From: Candidatus Dojkabacteria bacterium
Lineage (GTDB): Bacteria > Patescibacteriota > Dojkabacteria > SC72
Length of the DNA stretch: 46,168 bases
Direction: 5' to 3'
Assembly (NCBI GenBank): GCA_012513575.1
Contig: JAAZBX010000010.1
Coordinates: 1-46,168 of the forward strand
A program made the translations under genes and the position numbers. This document shows positions 35,817 through 45,735 of the stretch, piece after piece. Positions within the stretch are counted from its first letter, which is position 1. Each line of letters begins with the position of its first letter. Under the pieces are notes generated by a model, which was not told the DNA's origin, did no database searches, and saw nothing but the letters and a program-made list of their open reading frames with translations.

Positions 35817-36794
35817 ATGAACAAAGAGATTGTTTGGGGTACTTCTTTCTCCCCAGAATATTCGCAATATTTGGGAGACAGAAATCCACTAGAGACTTTG
35901 AAGATAGTCAGAGAAAAATTGAATATACAAGACTTTAGATTAGGTCTTCGATGGAATACAGTTGAAAAGAATGGGAAAGTAAGTTTGGAATTTTACGAGA
36001 AATATATTGAGTATCTTTTAAAAAACAATTGTAGTATCTGTCTCAATGTAGGTCCAATCAAGGTTATGAGATGGCCGGAAGAACATATTCCCGAATATAT
36101 TAATGTAAAAAAACGAAGTGTTGTGAAAAAAGATTCTGAATTAGCAAAGTATGCAATTGAATATTTTAATAAGCTTCTTGAATTAATTAAAAAAGAATAT
36201 GGTAAAGAAAAAGGCATTTCTTTTCAGATAGAAAATGAATGTTACAACAGATTTGGTCATAAGCGATTACTTATGTCAGATGAATACTTGTTAGAAATCG
36301 CAACTATCCTTCATGAATATTTTCCAAAGAACAAGTTAATGATGGATAGTTCTGCAAGAAAGGATTTAAGAAAGTTAATGCATCTTTTTGACCTTTTCGT
36401 AGAGAATAAATTGTATGAATGGGAACAGCTTACCCTTGGTATTAATTACTACTCAATGATTCCAGAAATAAGTCCGTTCTTAAAAAGAATTGAAGCTTTG
36501 TCTTTTTATCTCCCTTGGAGTATGCCTCTATCAAGGTTAAAGAAAATTCAGGAAAGAAACCATTTTGATTTAGAAATCTCAGAAGCTCAATTTGAACCAT
36601 GGGGGAAAATGACTCTGCCGGGGAACTCATTAGAGGAATTAAAATATGTTGTTAAACATGGTTTAAAGATATTTCCAGAAAGTTACACTTACAGAGTAAT
36701 TAGACTATGGGGAGTGGAAGAATTTGGACTCAAAATGAAAGAGAAGAAGTTAACTTCAGAGCATAAGGATATCATCAAAGAATTCTTTTGCTAA
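35817..36794 (+). CDS. Putative glycoside hydrolase, clan GH-A TIM barrel (GH42/GH5-like)
   Basis: GTSFSPEY, RLGLRWNTVE, FQIENE (acid/base candidate) and ISEAQFEPW (nucleophile candidate). ATG at 35811 or 35817. Confidence 0.65.
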   Translation: MNKEIVWGTSFSPEYSQYLGDRNPLETLKIVREKLNIQDFRLGLRWNTVEKNGKVSLEFYEKYIEYLLKNNCSICLNVGPIKVMRWPEEHIPEYINVKKRSVVKKDSELAKYAIEYFNKLLELIKKEYGKEKGISFQIENECYNRFGHKRLLMSDEYLLEIATILHEYFPKNKLMMDSSARKDLRKLMHLFDLFVENKLYEWEQLTLGINYYSMIPEISPFLKRIEALSFYLPWSMPLSRLKKIQERNHFDLEISEAQFEPWGKMTLPGNSLEELKYVVKHGLKIFPESYTYRVIRLWGVEEFGLKMKEKKLTSEHKDIIKEFFC

Positions 36795-36859
36795 AGTGTT
36801 GATTGATTTTGATGGTTTTTTCAATTAGAATTAGATTAATATATAAGCAAAATCTTAAC

Positions 36860-38305
36860 ATGGGAGAAAACAACAAGCATGATGAGAAGAAGATTACTCC
36901 AAGAAAGAGTGATTTCTCGCAGTGGTATTTAGATGTAATCAGAGTCGCTGATTTAGTTGAGCATGGACCAGTAAAGGGTACCATGATTATCAAACCTTAC
37001 GGGTATGCAATTTGGGAGAATATTCAAAAAGAGTTTGACAAAAGAATTAAAGAGACAGGAGTTGAAAATGCATACTTTCCTCTTTTCATCCCCTATGAAT
37101 TTCTTCAGAGAGAAAAATCACATGTTGAGGGATTTTCTCCAGAGGTCGCAGTTGTAACACATGCGGGAGGAGAAGAATTGACAGAACCATTCGTTGTTAG
37201 ACCAACATCTGAGACCATAATGTACGATGCTTACTCTAGATGGGTGACCTCTTACAAAGATCTACCAGTATTGATAAATCAGTGGGCAAACGTAGTAAGG
37301 TGGGAAGTAAGACCTAGACTGTTTTTAAGGAGTACAGAATTTCTTTGGCAGGAAGGTCATACTGCCCATGCAACAGCTAAGGAGGCAGATGAAAGAGCCC
37401 AGTTAATGTTAAGTATTTACAAGAAATTTGCCGAGGAATTTTTAGCAATGCCTCTTTATACTGGAAAGAAAACAGATTCTGAAAGATTTGCTGGTGCAGA
37501 TATTACATATACAACAGAAGCCATGATGCAAGATGGTAAGGCACTTCAGTTTGCAACATCTCATAACTTGGGAGATAAGTTTGCAAAGGTTTTTAATTTG
37601 AAATTTACTGATGAGAATGGAGATACAAAGTACTGTTATCAAACGAGTTGGGGAATGAGTACAAGAAGTATTGGTGGATTGATCATGGTACACAGTGATG
37701 ATAGAGGGTTGGTATTGCCTCCAAAGGTAGCTCCTGTTCAAGTAGTTGTTGTCCCTGTTTGGCCAAAAGAGGAGTTTAAAAATGAAGTGAATAGTGAAGT
37801 TGAAAAAATCATGAATGAATTGAAAGTAGACTTTAGAGTAAAAGCAGATCTTTCTGATGAGCGAGTAGGGGAGAAGTTGTACAAATGGGAGAAGAAGGGT
37901 GTCCCGGTAAGACTTGAAATTGGACCAAGAGATATAAAGGAAGGATGTGTAGTACTTTCAAGAAGAGATACCGGAGAGAAAATCACAGTAAAACGAGATG
38001 AACTTAAAAAGAAGATTTTTAACCTGTTAGAAGAGATACAGGAGAATCTTTACAGAAATGCTCTAAAGAGAATGGAAGAGAATACTGAGAGAGTAGAGAC
38101 TTATGACGATTTTAAGAAAGCAATTGATAACAAGAAATTTGTTCTTGGGTATTGGGCTGGAAGTAGTGAGGATGAAAAGCAATTAAAGACTGAGACAATG
38201 GCAACAGTAAGATGTTTCCCATTTGAGCATGAAGATGAAAGTGGAAAATGCTTCTATACAGGTAAAGATGGTGCAAAACTTGCCCTTTTCGCAAGATCCT
38301 ATTAA
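36860..38305 (+). CDS. proS: Prolyl-tRNA synthetase (archaeal/eukaryote-like family I)
   Basis: DFSQWYLDV, HVEGFSPE, VRPTSET, QWANVVRWE..PRLFLRSTEFLWQEGHT, QTSWGMSTR and terminal ARSY. ATG at 36860. Confidence 0.97.
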   Translation: MGENNKHDEKKITPRKSDFSQWYLDVIRVADLVEHGPVKGTMIIKPYGYAIWENIQKEFDKRIKETGVENAYFPLFIPYEFLQREKSHVEGFSPEVAVVTHAGGEELTEPFVVRPTSETIMYDAYSRWVTSYKDLPVLINQWANVVRWEVRPRLFLRSTEFLWQEGHTAHATAKEADERAQLMLSIYKKFAEEFLAMPLYTGKKTDSERFAGADITYTTEAMMQDGKALQFATSHNLGDKFAKVFNLKFTDENGDTKYCYQTSWGMSTRSIGGLIMVHSDDRGLVLPPKVAPVQVVVVPVWPKEEFKNEVNSEVEKIMNELKVDFRVKADLSDERVGEKLYKWEKKGVPVRLEIGPRDIKEGCVVLSRRDTGEKITVKRDELKKKIFNLLEEIQENLYRNALKRMEENTERVETYDDFKKAIDNKKFVLGYWAGSSEDEKQLKTETMATVRCFPFEHEDESGKCFYTGKDGAKLALFARSY

Positions 38306-38317
38306 CAATAAATATAC

Positions 38318-39346
38318 ATGGAAAATGAACTAGCTGTTTTTTCTGCCCAACAGAAACAACATTATGATTTTATGCTTTCTGACAATGTTCTTCCAACAGT
38401 TTACAAAGAAGAACAAGGGAATTTGCCTGAGGATATTATTGATAGAAGTTTCTCAGATATCCATATGCACATAGACAATATGGAAGGGAGGAAATGGAAG
38501 GTTCCAGATGGTGAAAAGATTGTCAGCTATTTGTCAGATAAGAATATTGTAGAAGCAGGTGTAATATTTGAGAATGAAGAAACGATAACAAATTTGATTA
38601 ATAATTTAGAGAAGAAGGAAGTCAATTGCTCTTTAATACCTTTCTATTTTATACATAATCCAAAAGAAATTAACAGAAAGAAATTCGAAGATCTTTATAA
38701 GAAGGGTCTCATTAAGGGGATTAAATTGCACCCAGTATATGATGATTATCAAATATCCTTTGAGAATTTGAATGAAGCAATTTCTCTTTCGCAAGAGTAT
38801 GGATCATTACCCTTATTGATTCATTTCGATGACAGGGTAGAATCCATGCATTTAACATCTCCAGATACGATTGATAGTTTAATAGAAGAGATGATGGAGA
38901 GAGATAGTGTGGTCCCAATAATAATTGGGCATTGTGGTGCATATGCACATCCAAGAATTGTAAGCTATGGTGATGGTAAAAATATTCAGGCAGAAAGTTA
39001 CTGGAAGAAATTTGAAGAAAATGAATCTCCATTATTCTCGCGACTATACCTAATCCGCCATTCCCTTCAGTTAGCTTTGCAATATCCTTTCATCTATTTA
39101 GACAGCAGTATATGCATAAACAAAAACAAGGCAAGAATTATTTCAGATGCTGTAAACAGATATCCGAACTTAGCTAAAAAGATATTACTAGGTACGGATT
39201 TCCCGGTGAAAGCACAACATAAGGACAGTTCATTCATTGTTGGGTCAACAATACAAAGCCAACTAAAAGCCCTTTGGAATCAAGGATTAGAAAAGGAGCT
39301 TCTTTTGCAAATAGCTTTAAATAGAATTATATCTACTCTCCAATAG
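38318..39346 (+). CDS. Amidohydrolase-superfamily metalloenzyme (Amidohydro_2-like TIM barrel)
   Basis: DIHMH (HxH), GIKLHP, LLIHF, IIGHCG and ILLGTDFP (terminal Asp). Confidence 0.82.
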   Translation: MENELAVFSAQQKQHYDFMLSDNVLPTVYKEEQGNLPEDIIDRSFSDIHMHIDNMEGRKWKVPDGEKIVSYLSDKNIVEAGVIFENEETITNLINNLEKKEVNCSLIPFYFIHNPKEINRKKFEDLYKKGLIKGIKLHPVYDDYQISFENLNEAISLSQEYGSLPLLIHFDDRVESMHLTSPDTIDSLIEEMMERDSVVPIIIGHCGAYAHPRIVSYGDGKNIQAESYWKKFEENESPLFSRLYLIRHSLQLALQYPFIYLDSSICINKNKARIISDAVNRYPNLAKKILLGTDFPVKAQHKDSSFIVGSTIQSQLKALWNQGLEKELLLQIALNRIISTLQ

Positions 39347-39758
39347 CATCAACCACTTTATCTATGATTTCATTCTCCGGGCTCTTCTCCTTAGGTAAAT
39401 CTTCACAAGCCACTGTATCCTTGTCTCCATCTAATCGATTTGGATCTTCTCCTGTATCAGCTTTCACTTTATCAAAAAATCTTTGAGCTTGATCCTGAGA
39501 ATCAAAATCATCACAGTTGTAGTCATTAGTATACTTTCCGCTACCATCTGTCACTACATTCCCATCCTTGTCCCTCATAACTTTCGCATCTTTCCATGAA
39601 GAACCCTCAAGAATTTTTCCAAGGTCATAATCATTGTTTGATACTTCCAACCCCAGTGCTGTTAAAAGAACAATTAACCCACCACTTAAAATATATTTAA
39701 AAACATTTTTTGATTTCTCACTTCCTTCTGCTAAAGGTTTAAATTTTGGTATTTTCAT
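39333..39758 (-). CDS. Membrane-anchored Excalibur calcium-binding domain protein
   Basis: One TM helix followed by [17 protein letters not shown]...[18 protein letters not shown]. Confidence 0.88.
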   Translation of the reverse strand: MKIPKFKPLAEGSEKSKNVFKYILSGGLIVLLTALGLEVSNNDYDLGKILEGSSWKDAKVMRDKDGNVVTDGSGKYTNDYNCDDFDSQDQAQRFFDKVKADTGEDPNRLDGDKDTVACEDLPKEKSPENEIIDKVVDAIGE

Positions 39759-39775
39759 ATTTATAAATTAAAAAA

Positions 39776-39955
39776 TTATTGTATCTTAGTAAATTTTAAT
39801 GGGAACAAATCAATTTCGTATGATAAGACTGAGTAGAGTAACCAAAGTACCAAAAGGATTAAAAATACTATTAATACAATCCTTACCCACTTCTTGTTTA
39901 GGGTTGTACTCTCCTTTTTGAGAAAAGGTTTTTTCTCATTTTGAATATCTTCCAT
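39776..39955 (-). CDS. Small single-pass membrane protein (59 aa; below the ORF-track cut-off)
   Basis: ATG at 39955 to TAA at 39776: MEDIQNEKKPFLKKESTTLNKKWVRIVLIVFLILLVLWLLYSVLSYEIDLFPLKFTKIQ. It fills the intergenic gap and is co-oriented with the Excalibur gene. Confidence 0.65.
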   Translation of the reverse strand: MEDIQNEKKPFLKKESTTLNKKWVRIVLIVFLILLVLWLLYSVLSYEIDLFPLKFTKIQ

Positions 39956-40037
39956 ATGTAAATATGTAAGTTCAAATTAAATATATATTAATATTGTCAG
40001 TATTTAATACGATTGTCAATTGAGGTATCATTTAGTT

Positions 40038-41075
40038 ATGCAATTTACAAAATTACCGAAATTAAACAAAGGCGACAAGGTTGCAATTGTCTCTCCTTCT
40101 ACGGTAGCACCGGCTATTTGGCCAGCTGTATATGAATTAGGTTTAAAGAGAGTAAAAGAAGTTTTTGAACTTGAACCAGTAGAGATGAATTTTACAAAAA
40201 AGAAAGGAGCAACGAAAGAAGAAAGAGCACAGGATTTAATTGATGCTTTTAGTAATCCTGAGATAAAGGCTGTAATTTCAACCTTGGGTGGGGATGATCA
40301 AGTTACATATATAAAGAATTTACCTAAGGATGTCTTTAAGAACAATCCTAAGCCATACTTTGGGTTTAGTGACAATACACATTTCATTAATCATCTTTGG
40401 TCATGTGGTGTCCCTGCATTTTACGGTGGAGCTCTTTTTACAGAGTTTGCGATGCAAGTTCAGATGGATGAGTTTACGATCAAATATTTAAAGCATGCAC
40501 TCTTTGAGATAGGTGAATTTGAGTTAGAATCTAGTAAAGAATTCAATGACATTGGTCTGAACTGGTTTGATGATTCTTTGTTAAATACAAGAAGGATATA
40601 TCAGGGGAATGAGGGTTGGTATTGGGATGGAGAAGGTGATGCGCAGGGTGTTTTGTGGGGAGGGTGTATTGAGTCAATTGATGAAATTTTAAGGCACAAT
40701 ATTCAAATCCCATCTCTTGAGGATTTTGAGAACATTGTACTGTTTTTTGAAAGTAGTGAAGAAATTCCGGAAGCTTCCTATGTTAGGAGAGTGGTAAGAG
40801 CATTTGGAGAGAGGGGAATTCTCTCAAGAGTAAGGGCAATATTTGTTGGAAGACCAAAAGCTTGGGATTTTAGTAAACAGAATACAGACGAACAGAAAGT
40901 TGAATACAAAAAAGAACAAAGAGAAACAATTCTAAATACTATTAGAGAATACAACAAAGAAATTCCAGTTATTCAAAATATGGATTTTGGTCATACAGCA
41001 CCTCAAATCTGCTTGCCCTCTGGGAATATGGTGAGGGTTGATGGAAGGTTAAAGAAGATATTTGCAGAATTCTAA
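40038..41075 (+). CDS. S66-family peptidase (LD-carboxypeptidase/MccF-like)
   Basis: GDKVAIVSPS, GGDDQ, GFSDNT (Ser), FFESSEE (Glu) and DFGHTAPQ (His). ATG at 40038. Confidence 0.92.
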   Translation: MQFTKLPKLNKGDKVAIVSPSTVAPAIWPAVYELGLKRVKEVFELEPVEMNFTKKKGATKEERAQDLIDAFSNPEIKAVISTLGGDDQVTYIKNLPKDVFKNNPKPYFGFSDNTHFINHLWSCGVPAFYGGALFTEFAMQVQMDEFTIKYLKHALFEIGEFELESSKEFNDIGLNWFDDSLLNTRRIYQGNEGWYWDGEGDAQGVLWGGCIESIDEILRHNIQIPSLEDFENIVLFFESSEEIPEASYVRRVVRAFGERGILSRVRAIFVGRPKAWDFSKQNTDEQKVEYKKEQRETILNTIREYNKEIPVIQNMDFGHTAPQICLPSGNMVRVDGRLKKIFAEF

Positions 41076-41554
41076 CCCTTTCTTCTTGCTTCGTATGCTT
41101 TTTTCATAGCATCTGTGGGTTTGTCTTTTTCTGGAACATTTCTCTCTGGCTTTGCTTGGAATATATCTCCTTTTACAAGTTTTGGTTTTGAACCTAGAGA
41201 ATCAAATACTTCCTGAACATCCTTGTGTCTGCTTTTTAATGTATCGCCAACAATATTGGCTAATGGTTTCTCAATTAGCCATGCTTGTGTATCCCAACTT
41301 CCGCTTGGTCTGTGCCCAGCAATTCTTTGTATCCCTCCTCGTTCTCCAACATCTTGAGTCCTAAATGAAGAAAACTGACTTTTCTCTCTTATCTCAATTC
41401 TGTAATAGTTTCCTTCTCCTGTACTACCAGGTTTTGCTCTCTTTCTCCCATTTGGTTGTGCTAAAGCTCTCTGTCTGTGAGTCATTAATTTCCACGTTTT
41501 TAGTGCTTTTTTAATATTTTTTTTTGAAGCAGTCCTTTGTCTTTGAGTTGCCAT
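41072..41554 (-). CDS. Conserved basic hypothetical protein
   Basis: K/R-rich N-terminus and FRTQDVGERGGIQRIAG...SGSWDTQAWLI, recalled as a conserved uncharacterised family. Confidence 0.75.
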   Translation of the reverse strand: MATQRQRTASKKNIKKALKTWKLMTHRQRALAQPNGRKRAKPGSTGEGNYYRIEIREKSQFSSFRTQDVGERGGIQRIAGHRPSGSWDTQAWLIEKPLANIVGDTLKSRHKDVQEVFDSLGSKPKLVKGDIFQAKPERNVPEKDKPTDAMKKAYEARRKG

Positions 41555-41620
41555 ATTTATACTTATACAGAATTTAAATATGTATATTAAATCTTAGGAA
41601 TATACTGAGTGTATGTCAAA

Positions 41621-41845
41621 TTATTCCTCTTTAATCAGTATTGTTTTTCTCGAGGATGTTTTACCAGTCTTAATTTGTATCTCATCTCTATTCACAGAGA
41701 AATGCTTTGCAAGGAGGGAAACAATTTCTTTATTTGCTTTATTTTTATCAGGAAGTGCTTTTACCCAAACAGTATATTCAAAGTCTCCTGTTTGAAGAAC
41801 TTTCGATTCCTGTTGTTTTGTTTTAACTTTGATTTGAATTGTCAT
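41621..41845 (-). CDS. DUF167 (YggU/UPF0235) family protein
   Basis: IKVKT...VWVKALPDKNKANKEIVSLLAKHF.V...IQIKTGKTSSRKTI. Confidence 0.88.
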   Translation of the reverse strand: MTIQIKVKTKQQESKVLQTGDFEYTVWVKALPDKNKANKEIVSLLAKHFSVNRDEIQIKTGKTSSRKTILIKEE

Positions 41846-41864
41846 TTGGGGTTTTTGAATTTTT

Positions 41865-42932
41865 TTAATTCACCTCAGATATTATCCCACCACCAAGAAT
41901 ATAATCTTTGTCGTAAAATACAATTGATTGACCTTTTGTAATTGCTCTTTGGGGTTTAGTAAATACAACCTTTATTTTACCCTCAGCAAGAGGGAAGATA
42001 GTTGCCTCTTGTTCTTGAGCTTTGTATCGTATTTTAGCTTTAACAGTATATTCCTTCTTTGGATACTCTCCAGAAATCCAATTGCAATTTGAAGCAATTA
42101 ATTCTTTAGAAAACAAATCATCATTGCTCCCAAGTATGATTTGATTATTTTCCTCCACAATATCAACAACGAACAGAGGTCTGTTTGAAGAAACACCCAA
42201 TCCTTTTCTTTGGCCAATGGTATATTTTGCTGTTCCTTCATGATATCCCAAAATATTTCCATGGGTATCAAGAATTTCTCCTCTCTTAATTGTGTTTGGA
42301 GCATTCTCTGTGACAAATCTGAAATGATTGTTATCTGGAATGAAGCAGATCTCTTGGCTCTCTGGTTTTTTTTCAACATTTAATCTGTGTTTCTTTGCAA
42401 TTTCTTTAATCTCTTCTTTGCAGTAATTGCCCAAAGGAAAGAGTGTTTGAGAGAGAAGCTCTTGAGTTAAATTGTAAAGTACATATGATTGGTCTTTCTT
42501 CTCATCTTTTGCTTTTTTAAGAAAAAATTTCTCATTCTCATTAACAATAATTGCGTAATGGCCAGTAGCAATATAGGAAATGTTCATTTCTTTCGCTTTG
42601 TCTACCATTGCTCCAAACTTCAAATATTTGTTACAAGCAATACATGGGTTAGGTGTTCTTCCTTGCTGATATTCTTTTACAAAGTAATCAATGACATACC
42701 CTCTGAATTGTTCTTTCATGTTGAAAACGTGATGCTCAATTCCTAGTTTCTTTGCTACTTCTCTGGCATCTTTTATTAAATCTTCGTTATTGCAGTAAGC
42801 ATGAAGTTGCATTGTTGCTCCAATCACTTCATAACCAGCGTTTTTAAGTAGTAGGGCAGCTACAGAGCTATCAACACCCCCACTCATTCCAAGTAGGACT
42901 TTTTTGTTAATCAAATTTGAGCTATTTGCCAT
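41865..42932 (-). CDS. mnmA: tRNA U34 2-thiouridylase MnmA
   Basis: GMSGGVDS PP-loop, GRTPNPCIACNKYLKF, IATGHYA, KDQSYVL, ESQEICF, YTIGQRKGLG and AITKGQ motifs. Confidence 0.97.
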   Translation of the reverse strand: MANSSNLINKKVLLGMSGGVDSSVAALLLKNAGYEVIGATMQLHAYCNNEDLIKDAREVAKKLGIEHHVFNMKEQFRGYVIDYFVKEYQQGRTPNPCIACNKYLKFGAMVDKAKEMNISYIATGHYAIIVNENEKFFLKKAKDEKKDQSYVLYNLTQELLSQTLFPLGNYCKEEIKEIAKKHRLNVEKKPESQEICFIPDNNHFRFVTENAPNTIKRGEILDTHGNILGYHEGTAKYTIGQRKGLGVSSNRPLFVVDIVEENNQIILGSNDDLFSKELIASNCNWISGEYPKKEYTVKAKIRYKAQEQEATIFPLAEGKIKVVFTKPQRAITKGQSIVFYDKDYILGGGIISEVN

Positions 42933-43136
42933 ATTAAAATTTATATTATTAAAGGAATTAATTTCTAAGAAGGGTCTTTTTGCTAGCTAAGTTATATCCC
43001 TATATTTGTTTTTATTTCTTAATGACCAATTCTCACACAATTAAGAGTAATTTACAATGAAATTTTAATCTTTCTTGCTCAAATACACTCTTTGTTGTAT
43101 TGTAATATGGTTACCCAATTTTGAAAACCCTATTCT

Positions 43137-43799
43137 ATGTCCTTTATCGAAATATCAGACCTAAAAAGAGTATATAAAATGAGTAAAGAAGTCTCCGTTG
43201 AAGCTTTAAGAGGAGTATCTTTTGAGGTACAGAAGGGAGAATTTATTTCTGTTGTAGGAAGTTCCGGTTCAGGCAAATCTACCTTGCTAAATATTCTGGG
43301 AGGTTTAGATTTTGAATATACAGGGGAAATATCTATTGATGGTAAAAATATTAAAGAATACAACCCAAATTTCTACCGAAGAAATATAGTTGGTACAATA
43401 TTTCAACAATTTTACCTTATTCCATCCCTATCTGTTGAAGAAAATATTTTACTCCCTTTGAAATTTGTAAAAAACAGGAATATTGATGTAAATGAAAGGT
43501 TAGAATCCCTTTTAGAAATGGTTGACTTGAAAAACAGAAGAAAGCATTTTCCCAAAGAACTCTCTGGAGGACAAGCCCAAAGGGTTGCAATAGCAAGAGC
43601 GTTAATTGATAATCCAAAAGTAGTTTTAGCTGATGAACCTACGGGGAATCTAGATAGTAAGACAGGAGAATCAATAATTAGGTTGTTAAAGGAATTGAAC
43701 AAAACTGAAAGTGTTATAGTAATACTTGTAACTCATGACAAAAATATTTCTGCAAAAACTGACAGAGTAATTACTTTAGTAGATGGTAAGAATGTTTAA
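43137..43799 (+). CDS. ABC transporter ATP-binding protein (LolD/MacB type)
   Basis: GSSGSGKST (Walker A), LSGGQAQRVAIARAL, LADEPTGNLD and VTHD. Confidence 0.95.
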   Translation: MSFIEISDLKRVYKMSKEVSVEALRGVSFEVQKGEFISVVGSSGSGKSTLLNILGGLDFEYTGEISIDGKNIKEYNPNFYRRNIVGTIFQQFYLIPSLSVEENILLPLKFVKNRNIDVNERLESLLEMVDLKNRRKHFPKELSGGQAQRVAIARALIDNPKVVLADEPTGNLDSKTGESIIRLLKELNKTESVIVILVTHDKNISAKTDRVITLVDGKNV

Positions 43800-45072
43800 A
43801 TATGCTTTGAGTTTAATCACAAGGAGAAAACTAAGAACATTCCTAACAAGCTTGGGAATAATGATAGCTGTTATGTTGATGACATTTATTCTCTTTGGGA
43901 TGACGGATTTACAAAGAGCTATTCTTACCCAATTTAGCTCAGTTTTTAAGCCTACAGATTTGTATGTTTCTTCAACTGATTTTATGGCTTTTGGAAATAT
44001 GAATTCAGCTCCTTCGAAAAAAGTTCAGCAGAAAGAGAAGGTTATTATTAATGAAGATATTAAAAATCAAATTGAGGGATTAGAAGGTGTCAAAGGTATA
44101 AATTCAATATTTGTGCTTAATGGTTTCGAAATGTATCTGGAGGGAGATGAAACCCCATATCCGTCTGGGATGATTCAGGCCTTCGATATCCCAGGGACTG
44201 ATGAAGCCTTTGGATCATTTATTGGGACAAATCCAAATCTTGAATTAAATGGAATTTTTGTAAGTGATTTTGTTACATCGTTTTTTGAGATATCTCCAAA
44301 TGAGATAATTGGTAAAAAAATTATTGCGAAACGCTCAACTAGACAATCTTTTGTTTCAGTAGCGAACAGAAACTCCATCGATGCACAGTTTGAATTTGTG
44401 GTTCAAGGAGTGGTTGAGACAAAAGCTGATGCATTTTGGATTAATCCGCAGAGAGCCTTGGGTATATTGGTAGATATTGGAGGTTTTGAAAGTGAGGAAG
44501 AATATTTGAGTAAGGTTGGGTATAGTCAATTGTTGGTAAAGACTGAGGAAGCAAAAACGACACAGATTGAAGAATATATAACGAAAGATACTGGATTAAA
44601 TGTTATTTCAACAAAAACTATTGTCGACTTTATTAAAACCTTAACAAGTGGTTTAACTATTGCATTAATTGTTTTTGGTAGTATTTCGGCTTTCGTTGCA
44701 TCGATAGGAATAATAAATACAATGATTATGAGTATATATGAACAGACAAGGGAGATTGGAATCATTAAAGCTATCGGTGCTTCCAATACACAGGTGCTTT
44801 TTATTTTTCTAACTCAATCAGCAATGATTGGTTTGATTGGTGGACTTATGGGGCTAGGTTTAACATATGGATTAATGAGAATTTCAGACCCTTTCATTGT
44901 CGAGATCCTAAAACAGCAGGGATTTACTTCTGTTAATCAGTTCTTTCATTTCCAAATACTTAACTCTCTTTATATCACTTTGGGAAGTATTGTTGTTGGG
45001 ATTTTAGCTGGCATCTATCCTGCAATGGTGGCTGCGAAATTGGATCCCGTAAAAGCACTGAGGTATGATTAG
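43783..45072 (+). CDS. ABC transporter permease (MacB/FtsX-like)
   Basis: RRKLRTFLTSLGI, a large extracytoplasmic domain, IGIINTMIMSIYEQTREIGIIKAIGA and YPAMVAAKLDPVKALR. Confidence 0.93.
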   Translation: MVRMFKYALSLITRRKLRTFLTSLGIMIAVMLMTFILFGMTDLQRAILTQFSSVFKPTDLYVSSTDFMAFGNMNSAPSKKVQQKEKVIINEDIKNQIEGLEGVKGINSIFVLNGFEMYLEGDETPYPSGMIQAFDIPGTDEAFGSFIGTNPNLELNGIFVSDFVTSFFEISPNEIIGKKIIAKRSTRQSFVSVANRNSIDAQFEFVVQGVVETKADAFWINPQRALGILVDIGGFESEEEYLSKVGYSQLLVKTEEAKTTQIEEYITKDTGLNVISTKTIVDFIKTLTSGLTIALIVFGSISAFVASIGIINTMIMSIYEQTREIGIIKAIGASNTQVLFIFLTQSAMIGLIGGLMGLGLTYGLMRISDPFIVEILKQQGFTSVNQFFHFQILNSLYITLGSIVVGILAGIYPAMVAAKLDPVKALRYD

Positions 45073-45584
45073 ATAACAGTGAACATTCTCTCAACTTCGA
45101 TTGTTTCTAAGTTTTCATTGACTGAGTCAAATACAACCATGGTTAACTTTACCCTTAATGAACCTGGAGCATCGATAAAGCCTGATGTAAAAGCACAAAC
45201 CTCTTTGGTTTCTCCCGCAAGTATTCCCATGTTGTCCATAATTTTGTAATATCCATCTTCTCGTCCCTCATTTACAAAAAATTCCCATCTACACCTTATT
45301 CTATCTGCATATTTCCCATTCCCCTGTGCTAGAGCACTGAACATTCTAGGTTCGGTTGCCTTGAATGTGTCTTCGGGTTTGATGATTGTTAATCTTAAAT
45401 TATGTGGGATGATTCTTTCTGGGAGGACACTTTTTGATTGGGATGTTTCGCTTAGTACATCTGTTTTACCTTTTTGAGTGGAGATTAGATAGAAATATCC
45501 AGAGATAGAGATAAGGAAAAGGAATGAGAGGATCACAATTGCTCTATTTCTTTTATCCATTTGTTTAAGGGTAGTTAGTAACAT
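45069..45584 (-). CDS. Hypothetical membrane-anchored protein
   Basis: An N-terminal TM helix (AIVILSFLFLISISGYFYLI) followed by a beta-rich domain; preceded by TGTTATACT and 5 nt. Confidence 0.65.
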   Translation of the reverse strand: MLLTTLKQMDKRNRAIVILSFLFLISISGYFYLISTQKGKTDVLSETSQSKSVLPERIIPHNLRLTIIKPEDTFKATEPRMFSALAQGNGKYADRIRCRWEFFVNEGREDGYYKIMDNMGILAGETKEVCAFTSGFIDAPGSLRVKLTMVVFDSVNENLETIEVERMFTVI

Positions 45585-45589
45585 GGTAA

Positions 45590-45598
45590 AGTATAACA
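45590..45598 (-). promoter_or_regulatory. Extended -10 element, leaderless promoter
   Basis: The minus strand reads TGT-TATACT-TTACC-ATG (ATG at 45584). Confidence 0.6.
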
Positions 45599-45735
45599 GA
45601 GAAATTGGTCATGTTCTAGATGTCTTTGTATCCGAATTGAGAGTTAAAAGGAATTGAATGTGTTGGTTACTTCCTCGAGAGATAAAATAAAATGATTCTT
45701 AATCAAGTTAATTCCCAAAACAAATTCCGCTATAC

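Noticed and set aside
36803-36859. N-terminal extension of ProRS given by the ORF track (also the upstream TTG/ATG extensions of the M23, S66 and sugar-transferase ORFs)
   Set aside because: Downstream ATGs (36860, 19697, 40038, 26318) give family-typical N-termini and better promoter or overlap context.
2316-44786. Numerous 60-130 aa ORFs antisense to or nested in long genes (e.g. 2316-2552, 13740-14051, 21400-21675, 25869-26258, 34793-35068, 41609-41941, 43412-43702)
   Set aside because: They are shadows of well-supported genes, with no motifs or start context of their own.
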